DNA from: Candidatus Omnitrophota bacterium
Lineage (GTDB): Bacteria > Omnitrophota > Omnitrophia > Omnitrophales > Aquincolibacteriaceae
Assembly (NCBI GenBank): GCA_903856085.1
Contig: CAIOAT010000016.1
Location: forward strand, 8,581-72,580
DNA length: 64,000 nucleotides
Reading direction: 5' to 3'
Positions 20,201 through 27,130 of this stretch are shown here, piece by piece. The notes beneath the pieces were generated by a model. The model saw nothing but the letters and a program-made list of their open reading frames with translations, was not told where the DNA came from and searched no databases. The position numbers were made by a program, and so were the translations under genes. Positions within the stretch are counted from its first letter, which is position 1. The number at the start of each line of letters is the position of its first letter.

Positions 20201-23200
20201 CCGGAGAAATATACGCTCTCGATACTTTTGAAGAATGCCCGTTCTCTGGAACGGAAGACGCTCCCTCCAAAGAAACAATTCGGAAATAGCCTTGGTGTTG
20301 GGGCACCACCACGAATGTTGCTTCATAAGGATTCTTGGTTTCCTTGCGTAATGTCCAGATCCCCTTTCTTTCCGTTTTAAGAAATTTCGCACCCTGCAGG
20401 TCTTTTCCTAAAAAAGTCACTGTAGAGGAGGGAACGCCCCGCTGCATTAAAAGCTGCGCTCCTTTCATGTTTTCGGTGATCATTTGTTTGCCCACCAATT
20501 TCTGAATCGCCAATTCATTGGTTTGAGCCAAGGCTGACGAAGCCATGAGAAAAGCCCCCAGCAAAAATCCTCCCATTATTTTTAACAAGAAATGGATTCC
20601 CAGCTTTCGGCGAACTTCTGAACGCTGTGGTGCAATTCCTAGCCCGAAGAAATTTGCCCCGGTGATAACATTCAAAGGTTCTACCCACGTTTCGGATGCG
20701 CGCAGATCTGTAAAACCCTTCGTAGTCCATACTTTTTCGGATACAACTTGAGCATTCAACCAATCTCTTAGTTCGTCCGGGATAGTTTTTGATCCCACCA
20801 GTCTCCACGAGAAAACCTTCCGGGAAAAACCTAAGACGATTTGGATATCAGCAATGGGTGGGGCGTTTTGATTCGTCTTCACGTGAAATAGGGTGCCATT
20901 TATGCCAAGCTTGTGCCCTCGTCTTAAAAATCCCTGCAATTCTGGAGACATCTCCAAAACAATTTTGCCAAGATCAACCCTGTAAACCAACCCCGCAACC
21001 TTTGTCTCTGGCCCAAAAGCTTCAATGTGCTTCGCCGAAAGAGAGGCTGCGCTCCGCATTTCGAATCTTGTCACACCCTTCTTGAAAGACCGATAAGCCT
21101 GCATCAAAAGGCCTGCGGCGATTGCTGACGCTTCCTCTTTTTCTTCAGCCCTTAGCTTTGATTCCCGCGTGTTCAATTCGATATATTCACGAATTCGAAC
21201 GTTAAGTCCAGATAGCGCAGAGGAGGTAAAATTCATCTCGAAAGATTCGATCGCTTTAGCGGCTAGCGCGTAAGGAACCAAGGTATCCGGCAGATCCTTG
21301 GCCTGTCCAAGATCGTTTCTAACCGATTCCAAATCGGCAAAAGTAACCCCGCCATTCCGTTCTTTTCCATAAATGAGTCCCCACGCAAGCGCCCAAGCCG
21401 CCATCGCCTGCTCAGCAGGGATTCGAATGGCCCCCTTAGCCGACGTCATAAGCTCGAGTGACACGGCGAGCATAGACGTCGGGATCATTGCATCCGCATC
21501 ATCCAACAACCCGCCATCGATCAAGCTCACGATCGCATGATGGGCAAGAGCACGCACGGTTCCGCAATCACTGAGATTAAGTTGCAAAAGCACTTCTGCA
21601 CGCTTCAAAGCTTCCCCAAGGATTTCCTTATTCATAACGGGATCAAGATAATTTGAACGCGCCTCCGAACGAACGACGATTTGCGCTTTCACCGATCCCG
21701 GTTCAGAACGGCCAGACGCTGCCTTTTCGCGAGAAAACCGATGGCGAGAGAGTTTCGAATCAACATTGGAACGCCGAAAGGCCTCTGAAATCAAAACACC
21801 CAGATGAATTTTTTTAATCATTTTCAAAGCCACCCAGGAAAAGGCAATATCCCCCGTAAGGATGACGAGCTCTGAAAGGTAGGGGCTTACAAGCTTGTTG
21901 ATAATCATCGCCATCCCCTCAACAGGAAGGAACCATAACAACAATTGACGGCGACTCTCCTTAAAAGATCCGTGGCTTTTGAAGAGTCGTAGAGATTCGA
22001 AGTTATTTTCAGGATAGATGTTTGTATAATATTTCCAGAGCATAAGTGGATAAAAAATATAAAAATTGATCAAAGCATCCCCCATGGTTTTAAGGACGAT
22101 CTCAGACCACACATCAAGCCATGGGGAAAGATTTAATTTCCCGATTAAGGCATAATAAACGGTAAAAAATAAAGCGAACAAGCTAGCTGGAGCTGCGGCT
22201 TTCCTGGAGTCTTTCCAGAATGTTTTCATGAACACTCCTCGAAAGCCATGGCGAAGATAATCCTGCATCCAGACACAATATGCCGCAATCATGCCAGCCC
22301 AGGCGATACTCACGCCAAGTGAAAGAACTAAAGAATGCCATGACGCGTTCTGAAGATGCGGTTTAAGGATAAACGCCAGCCCCAGAGTGGCGGCTGAAAA
22401 TCCAGCTGTCCCCATCGCGGCAGGTGTGATTTGTTTGAGATGAGCGAGTTTGGATCTCTGGTTCCTTATTTCGGACCGGCCGAGCAAGACTTGGGGCAAT
22501 CCCTTTACGTCCCGAGTAAGCACTTGCAGCTCTTTGGCTGCCAATGTGGCCGCCTTGCGAGAGAATAGGATTTGGATCTGATTACTGGGGATCTTTAAAG
22601 CGTCCACAATAAGCCGGTCCTCGGTAACGCCAGCCCCACGAGCCTTTTTCAGATAGCCATCAATCCTTGCATTCTCGGCCTCCGCAATCCGTATCGTCTC
22701 ATTTTCAGCCACAATCGTTTGAAGAAGACCTGCAATCTTCTCTTCGATTTTGTCATGAACTGTCAAGAGCTCGGCTTCCGCTACACGAGTCTCCAGAAGA
22801 GCTATTTCCCGATTGGCTCGCTCAGCGCCCCCGAAAGTCACCTTCCCGCCGAGACCTACGGCCTGCTGATCCTCCGTGCGTTGTTTTGCCTCCGGAACAA
22901 CTCTTGTATTGAACACATCCGGAACTTTTGTCCCATAGGAATCGAAATAGTTGAATCCCTTAAGACCGATCGAGTAACCGTTCTCTCTTGCAGCCAATCT
23001 CGCGGCCGTTGCGGCAGTCAAACGGGCCTCATAAGCCAACGCAAGTTCACGGTTTGCCGGAAGTTTGACGCCTTCTTTGGAGGTTGCTTTAAGACCAAGC
23101 GCTATTCGTTGATCGGTTGTGATCGTCCACCCTTCCGGAAATCGCACATAATTCAAGGCATTGGAAAAAGTCGCACATCCTAAGATGTTTTGGCCATAGA

Positions 23201-25985
23201 GTGTCCTCAAAGGCAATGCCGCCTTCTCCAACTTGGAACGATGCTCATTAAGACGTAAAAGCCACTCCGCCTTAAGATCTCCGATCGCCTGGCGTTTTGC
23301 GGCTGTTGACTGCGAGTTCTTGCCGGCGACTTCGCTAGCATGATCGATCGCCTCAAGGGCTGCTTCAATAATTGGGCCTTGTGATTCAAGCGTTTTCATT
23401 TCGTAGGCGGCCCCCAAGAAATCGAGGTATCGTTCACCCGCCACCTGCTGAAGTTCCAGTCCGGCTGTTTCAACCATCTGCTGCGCCAGTTCTCGCGCCA
23501 GGATATCCTGACCTTTCCAGTATTTGCTAATCTCCGCTGCAAGGGATAACACCGCACTGGCCGCCGAATCCAAACCGATCCCCGTTAATTGTATCTGCCC
23601 AAGATTCGGCAAAGTTCCTTCGACGCCAAGCCCAAGCACCGGTTTCCCATCTGCGAGACCTAGGGTAGGCATGAGAGAAATGCTCCCGGACAAACTTCTT
23701 TTTTTGGATTCCCGGATACTCACCTCAAAACGGTGTCTCAGAATGACCGGATCGCGAGTAACCAATGCTTCAGCCAGGGAGCTTTCATTCACCAGAATCG
23801 GACCGGACAGAGAAATTTCTTTTTGCGGCAAAATGTACTGACGATCCGATTCGATCTGTTGTCTCGCATGGTCACGGCCCAAATTCGCACAACCGCTGAG
23901 AATGCCTGCCATTACAACCCAAAGAACCGCCTTCATGAACGAGGAGGGCTTCCATCGGATCTCGGCGCGCGAGAACAAATTGTTTTTTCCCTGGATCGCG
24001 TCGGGGAGCAATGCCAAAAGTCCCTTCTCCGCCCCGGGAGATAGCAAGGGAGTCGGATCTAAAATGAATCCGACATGGGTATTCATTCTCTGAAATAAGA
24101 AGCTCAAAACGTGTTGCTCTAATGCTTGACGAACTTCATGCATCCCTTTGTAAAATTTCTCCGGAATGGCTGCGAATATCCGTTGTCCCTCCCCATCCAT
24201 GAATGCCGACTTTCCCGTCTGGGATCTTTGGGCCAACACGCTGTGTTCTCCCTCGGAAACATCGACCACCGCCACTTGATGTTTTTTAAGTGATCTTTCG
24301 ATCTGTCCCATAGCCGCTTCAAAATGGTCAAATGCTGGCTCTCCGACCATCTGCCTCGCCTCGGAGTGTTCCATCACGGGGAGCTGCGCGGGAGCGATCG
24401 TAGACGTCCCGGGATACCGCCCCATCAAGAGATCACTATAGGGAAGCATCTTTTCTTCCGGGTTGAAATACGGCGTCACAAGATTGAACGGTATCCCAAG
24501 CGCTTCTGTTCGCCTGAGTAGTCCTTCCTTATGGTAGCCTCCGGCAACAATCACAATGTTTCTGGTTTTATTCCCCTGTCCATTCAAAAAAAGAGGATCT
24601 TGAATCCTTTTTTTGATGATATCAAAAAAAACATCTTCGCGAGCTTCTGCCTGAGCATAAAAATCCAAAACAAGGTCGACAAGGGGCGCTATCGTCTCTT
24701 CGTGAGGGAGTGATGGCTCCCGGAGAAAGCGCTTGTAAGCCTGCACCCAGTTCTTGCGAAAATGGTCGCGAAACCGGGCCACGCACTCCCTTTTAAGTTC
24801 AAGGGAAAGCGCCTGTTTCAGGAGGAAAAAATCCTGGTAAAAGGCAAGCCATCGTCCAGCTACCGGATCACTGCGACGGAGGGTCTCATACAACCTGTTC
24901 TCGAGCGTCTGGATTTCGTCAAAAAGTCTTTCGGCTATAAGTTCGCTTTCAAATACCTGCAAAGCAAGAAACTTCCGAATCATCGGATAACGTCCCCAAG
25001 AAAGCTCCCGTGCCAAAAATTTCTCCATGATGCGTTCCGCCATAACGCGAGAAGTCACGCTTCCAGTCTGAAGTGCGCGTGACCGGAAAGTTGCATTCGA
25101 AGCGGCGCTCTCGAGCCATTCGATTTCCGATCGAGAATCCGGACCAAGCACCCGTTTAAGCTGTCCGATTTCTTTCGTGACTGCGCTACAATCCGGTGCT
25201 GTTTCCGTATTCAAAACACGGAAAAACCGAACTAGCTGAGGCCAATCTTTTTGCGTCGAAAGATCCCGCCAATCGATTCCCAAATGCTTCGAAGAGCAAT
25301 CAAAAAGAAACTTCATGTACTCGCTTAAATCATTTTGGCTTTCCTGATGAGATCTCCACATTTTCAAGAAATGGAATACCTGCGGATCAATAACTTTTTT
25401 GATATCTTGAATTAATGATGCCTCCACCTGATCAAGAAACTCTCGAATCTCACCATGGTTGCGCATAACGGCCCGGTAAGTTTCGAGGTTCTTTCGGTAA
25501 AGCCCTGCCTCCTCAATCCCGTACACGCGTATGCCGGAGTGATTTGCAAAGAATTGAGTGGCGCCATTAACGAATCCCGCTTGGAAAAGGCTTCCCAAAA
25601 AGATCCTGTTCTTTTCATCATCCTGGAAAGGCTTCAGAGCCTCGGGAGACAGAGGGCCTGATGCACCTTCAATAAAAAGCATATCGAGTTTCTTTTGCTC
25701 TAGAAGGGACTCTAGTATCTTCGTAATATTCTTTTGAGCCTCTTCCGAAGCATGCGCATCTTGGATATGGTAGAAACTGAAAGGCACGGACCTTTCCGGG
25801 GGCGGGGACTTTTCAAGGCTTCCTACTTTGGGGGATAAAAAAACGGGGGCTTCGGCAACAGCGCCGGTATAAAAATATGCCGTCACAGCACGCACTTCTT
25901 GGGAAGGAAAAATGGTTTCAAAAACAAAAATGGCCACAACAGCAAATGCTACGATCCGGATCAATTTGCTTTTCTTGGCTTTCAT
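14280..25985 (-). CDS. Giant (~3,900 aa) multidomain envelope protein: N-terminal module of unknown function, lipobox + TolC-like OMF repeats, polytopic TM block, internal signal-peptide-like segment, S/P/A-rich linker, two HlyD-like membrane-fusion modules, further TM blocks, C-terminal cytoplasmic region with Nudix-like domain
   Basis: Single ORF with no in-frame stop over 11.7 kb (impossible by chance at ~50% GC). TolC-like coiled-coil/beta repeats (aa ~720-1230), MFP lipoyl/beta-barrel motifs ('AVKPGDVVKKGDLL…', '…TVKAGDSLGEW…LKAPVGGRVLGV'), hydrophobic helix clusters, Nudix-box-like 'GESPEAAIQRGFLEELRDG'. ATG at 25985 (GGAAAAGGG SD) or TTG at 26015. Confidence 0.8.
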   Translation of the reverse strand: MKAKKSKLIRIVAFAVVAIFVFETIFPSQEVRAVTAYFYTGAVAEAPVFLSPKVGSLEKSPPPERSVPFSFYHIQDAHASEEAQKNITKILESLLEQKKLDMLFIEGASGPLSPEALKPFQDDEKNRIFLGSLFQAGFVNGATQFFANHSGIRVYGIEEAGLYRKNLETYRAVMRNHGEIREFLDQVEASLIQDIKKVIDPQVFHFLKMWRSHQESQNDLSEYMKFLFDCSSKHLGIDWRDLSTQKDWPQLVRFFRVLNTETAPDCSAVTKEIGQLKRVLGPDSRSEIEWLESAASNATFRSRALQTGSVTSRVMAERIMEKFLARELSWGRYPMIRKFLALQVFESELIAERLFDEIQTLENRLYETLRRSDPVAGRWLAFYQDFFLLKQALSLELKRECVARFRDHFRKNWVQAYKRFLREPSLPHEETIAPLVDLVLDFYAQAEAREDVFFDIIKKRIQDPLFLNGQGNKTRNIVIVAGGYHKEGLLRRTEALGIPFNLVTPYFNPEEKMLPYSDLLMGRYPGTSTIAPAQLPVMEHSEARQMVGEPAFDHFEAAMGQIERSLKKHQVAVVDVSEGEHSVLAQRSQTGKSAFMDGEGQRIFAAIPEKFYKGMHEVRQALEQHVLSFLFQRMNTHVGFILDPTPLLSPGAEKGLLALLPDAIQGKNNLFSRAEIRWKPSSFMKAVLWVVMAGILSGCANLGRDHARQQIESDRQYILPQKEISLSGPILVNESSLAEALVTRDPVILRHRFEVSIRESKKRSLSGSISLMPTLGLADGKPVLGLGVEGTLPNLGQIQLTGIGLDSAASAVLSLAAEISKYWKGQDILARELAQQMVETAGLELQQVAGERYLDFLGAAYEMKTLESQGPIIEAALEAIDHASEVAGKNSQSTAAKRQAIGDLKAEWLLRLNEHRSKLEKAALPLRTLYGQNILGCATFSNALNYVRFPEGWTITTDQRIALGLKATSKEGVKLPANRELALAYEARLTAATAARLAARENGYSIGLKGFNYFDSYGTKVPDVFNTRVVPEAKQRTEDQQAVGLGGKVTFGGAERANREIALLETRVAEAELLTVHDKIEEKIAGLLQTIVAENETIRIAEAENARIDGYLKKARGAGVTEDRLIVDALKIPSNQIQILFSRKAATLAAKELQVLTRDVKGLPQVLLGRSEIRNQRSKLAHLKQITPAAMGTAGFSAATLGLAFILKPHLQNASWHSLVLSLGVSIAWAGMIAAYCVWMQDYLRHGFRGVFMKTFWKDSRKAAAPASLFALFFTVYYALIGKLNLSPWLDVWSEIVLKTMGDALINFYIFYPLMLWKYYTNIYPENNFESLRLFKSHGSFKESRRQLLLWFLPVEGMAMIINKLVSPYLSELVILTGDIAFSWVALKMIKKIHLGVLISEAFRRSNVDSKLSRHRFSREKAASGRSEPGSVKAQIVVRSEARSNYLDPVMNKEILGEALKRAEVLLQLNLSDCGTVRALAHHAIVSLIDGGLLDDADAMIPTSMLAVSLELMTSAKGAIRIPAEQAMAAWALAWGLIYGKERNGGVTFADLESVRNDLGQAKDLPDTLVPYALAAKAIESFEMNFTSSALSGLNVRIREYIELNTRESKLRAEEKEEASAIAAGLLMQAYRSFKKGVTRFEMRSAASLSAKHIEAFGPETKVAGLVYRVDLGKIVLEMSPELQGFLRRGHKLGINGTLFHVKTNQNAPPIADIQIVLGFSRKVFSWRLVGSKTIPDELRDWLNAQVVSEKVWTTKGFTDLRASETWVEPLNVITGANFFGLGIAPQRSEVRRKLGIHFLLKIMGGFLLGAFLMASSALAQTNELAIQKLVGKQMITENMKGAQLLMQRGVPSSTVTFLGKDLQGAKFLKTERKGIWTLRKETKNPYEATFVVVPQHQGYFRIVSLEGASSVPENGHSSKVSRAYISPVAAASSVLSDRVSADGPSSALPTTAESPKISEADHATSNPQSVSPDSSVIEILGVGNVDGRETLADAVSQGEQVMTSSGAKEKLTKKDFSGIPFQSPAGTANALNVTNEEASVKEPSSVASASLVSDRTEVKPVFEEQHSVANTATVLYTGKGQAIVNPPGAVMLKAPLTADKMTYAVKPGDVVKKGDLLARGEDTERDNRTQFLEDRIRELGGLVARGEKDAGTLDRDTIFQYQFERIEHQLELAQLKAEAEADILVSPRPAIVQTLDQGPATAGSYAVGIVPLDEGVIKIALPPGYSGADDIELSVNGHSVNVLDWEASHFDLAKGVDGEFILTVHFSFPSSTSLPAHGASCAYDIKLIKDNTPSVESLGLHHNAGFHTTIPSSQFIPVGVPPVPGIDAGIFRATVRDGQTVKAGDSLGEWIPVGQGGQLKIARQLETLARTMRKANQDFRTLPESSLQDYEKRAQRAVAGIQRSGLPILLKAPVGGRVLGVTALDGQTLAAGQVTKAGIVNKEVFLGTSVDPRSAEWTGRLSNEDPFLLPVETGSVKTGDKVSVVTSRGVLMGTVYAVIPLANSSQWLLGEREGVVIRSDDTEGILGEGSVADIAFDGSAKASAWAKKKGDLVERKSPPLRLIDSIPASVQEQFQMHPGQKIGVLGLLELVREEQNPTQRAALLRYFMNPFGARYISWRFFPVLALVLLVWNLPKLFFALMKKRGHEKFFRRDSVESLEILFDEAGKIGMRLKRNANKQRAVRGDDVDMRVFQEIVEPLQAWTRLLLENEHLGSGERDMITTKASELAQHPLLRFSREHFEDLSEMWKPDTHSLVKIRGILARLSILTAQTASRQFQATRGTGNDIEEQEVLRFLEKSADFAENFNEGFNLSNRLIALSQVIDLYPPKLLLQDGMKFSDWQKILHNRKVLWTFSIWRLCLGVTLMVAINRWVTLNSFRRVTANMQKLGISGFENEREAMRVAKAGLHKAFHPTAELDELEGNKLDHFYGRWLGRALAVAGVAILFIVPILNLIFGLHQLLITVPTIFGVLWTLFSVWRHVGPMLRNLSGNGYGTFKREIQSLRASAKRMRNKQYEMSRPASEPRREVALSQMDDVAGENLMMAKMSRALLDENLREDVEVIILLPPKNGENRNFFETMVAQDHVLKHFRFKVAESDGLFPGNAGQFFAARDLAESLGKKLQIYWFPQPGIPLAVAMAVFKMNLAEALRMAGDFREQGVKHGEIIFPGGDLSSNVISYNNQGSQIVIDARLASLEEVETDRHPVLLGRNGSPRHDVEHVVRRPEELKGALGQYGHLFGTGLTLDNAITPQFAVPKGPMALVSRTEEERQQMEGLIDVFRKKTESLISKYGAFVVDLVEDFARVVAEFDLQLRGNTSVSPNLQRLAHNQKTFSDGQDAANPYAKIYSTMGKKLWETFRATAQKPPEVEAFVPAPSDHFFISGSNRAGILERMKRLEVSFPELANRTAVERLEGEGSLLADRQIFMFRDTRGDQIVHLPRKQGHARGLAALKVAAFVTKDGKVVFQRRSNLTSSNPGLLDLPVFEHLEPGESPEAAIQRGFLEELRDGRPLPAALTSLPVRELPPLSYEVHHEGRRQVPTTRKEDVKLFHFSLNGEFNWKEFRPGDDAVEIVALSPEDVSTMLREKRGVFTPRTYKILTTHFSAIATALAAVGPGGVLRSELREDRTSEKPPALELNPKEVTREISLQEDVTPVVSEKVRLLVAIKITEWILGPEDVKLLPRLKSLLGDASFLSESTGPDLKELLALSGDDFLAFQKGMGMFRALPQRANALNTLFLDARIGIRDEHLLLLSRLPFRVIILFERSRFPGKEAIEQKIKKMELPTGHFQLVEISDSISASILKFLRPLVTGPQYQRLDYAYVGIDRREVQKVKSCVGNLVYYDKELKSSDPEVLFSLLWYLVTSRQLFELGRKRDLWGMKDALMLVTEFLAASWRNAKAVKVAA

Positions 25986-26119
25986 TTTTTGCCCTTTTCC
26001 AATGGTGGAAGACAACTCTTTAAGGTTTTATAAAAGTTTTTCCTTCTGATCTCACGGAAAGCTTAACTTCGTTGTGAAAACTCTGCATCACATCCCGGTA
26101 AAGATAATGTAAAAACAAT

Positions 26120-26177
26120 ATTTCCGGGGGGTTAGGACCTTTTATCGTTTGATAGCTTTTGCTATCCCCCGGGAAAT
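26120..26177. promoter_or_regulatory. Nested inverted repeat in divergent intergenic region (outer 12-nt arms ATTTCCGGGGGG/CCCCCGGGAAAT, inner GATAGC-tttt-GCTATC)
   Basis: Read directly from sequence; lies ~105-160 nt upstream of the giant gene start and ~260 nt upstream of the response-regulator start. Confidence 0.3.
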
Positions 26178-26391
26178 CCTTAACGACGAAATGCTCGAAC
26201 AGGAATCTGGGGCGCAAAGTCTGAATCTCTCTATTTGCTCTTCACTGTGCTTTTGAAATGCTCGCAGCAAGGCACATCTCTCCATTTCAAAAATTTCTTG
26301 GAAACCTTCCTTTCAGAAGTGTAAAGAGTTGGTAAAGCTTCTATCTGTTACGCTGAAACAGGTTATGTCCGATTTGAAACTCCTCCGATTT

Positions 26392-26419
26392 TTCAACCTG
26401 TAACGAACTGTGGTACAAT
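26392..26419 (+). promoter_or_regulatory. Sigma70-type promoter for the response regulator gene (TTCAAC-16 nt-TGgTACAAT, extended -10)
   Basis: -35 TTCAAC (26392-26397), 16-nt spacer, TG-extended -10 TACAAT (26414-26419); GGAG SD 6 nt upstream of ATG 26440. Confidence 0.45.
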
Positions 26420-26439
26420 GAACTAACTTTGGAGTTCAT

Positions 26440-27129
26440 ATGGCAAGCGAAACGATTCTCCTCATTGAAGACGAAAAGAACATCCTTGAGCTTGTGAAAT
26501 ACAACCTCGAGCAGGAGGGTTTTCGCGTCCTCACCGCGACCAAAGGCAACGCAGGTCTTGAGACAGCGCTTAAAGAAAAACCAGCCCTTGTGCTCCTCGA
26601 CCTCATGCTCCCGGAAATCAATGGCCTCGAGATTTGCAAAACCCTAAAACAGACCGAAAAAACACGCAGGATCCCTATCATCATGCTTACGGCCAAAGGC
26701 ACCGAGTCCGATAAAGTCGTCGGCCTCGAACTCGGCGCCGATGATTACATCACCAAACCTTTCAGCCCCCGGGAACTCGTAGCTCGCATCAAAGCCGTCC
26801 TTAGACGCTCTCAGGAAAAAGCCCCGGAAGAGATCTTGAGATCCGGAACGATCGAGCTTGACGTGACAAAGCATGAGCTGCGATTAAAAGGAAAGCCCGC
26901 CGAAATTACCGCCAAAGAATTCGAACTCTTGCGCGTACTCATGAGTTCCAAGGAACGGGTCCTGACGCGCGAGGTTCTCTTATCAAAAGTTTGGGGTTAT
27001 GAGAATTCTGTGAATATCGAAACGCGGACTGTCGACATGCACGTCGGACAGCTACGAAAAAAACTTGGCAAAGAAGCGGATCGGATCGTCACGGTTAAAA
27101 GCGTCGGCTACCGTTTCGACGGAGAATAA
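26440..27129 (+). CDS. phoB: OmpR/PhoB-family response regulator
   Basis: REC domain with D at 'LLDLMLP', winged-helix output '…VWGYENSVNIETRTVDMHVGQLRKKL…TVKSVGYRF'; adjacent to PhoR-like kinase and in a Pho-gene neighbourhood (symbol is inferred). Confidence 0.85.
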   Translation: MASETILLIEDEKNILELVKYNLEQEGFRVLTATKGNAGLETALKEKPALVLLDLMLPEINGLEICKTLKQTEKTRRIPIIMLTAKGTESDKVVGLELGADDYITKPFSPRELVARIKAVLRRSQEKAPEEILRSGTIELDVTKHELRLKGKPAEITAKEFELLRVLMSSKERVLTREVLLSKVWGYENSVNIETRTVDMHVGQLRKKLGKEADRIVTVKSVGYRFDGE

Positions 27130-27130
27130 G

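Noticed and set aside
14280-26015. Possibility that the giant ORF is an artefact of an alternative genetic code or several genes merged by the ORF caller
   Set aside because: Stop-codon reassignment would break, not extend, ORFs under the standard code. The ORF is continuous by direct reading (no TAA, TAG or TGA in frame), so separate genes in this frame would need stops that are not present. Assembly chimera cannot be excluded without reads.
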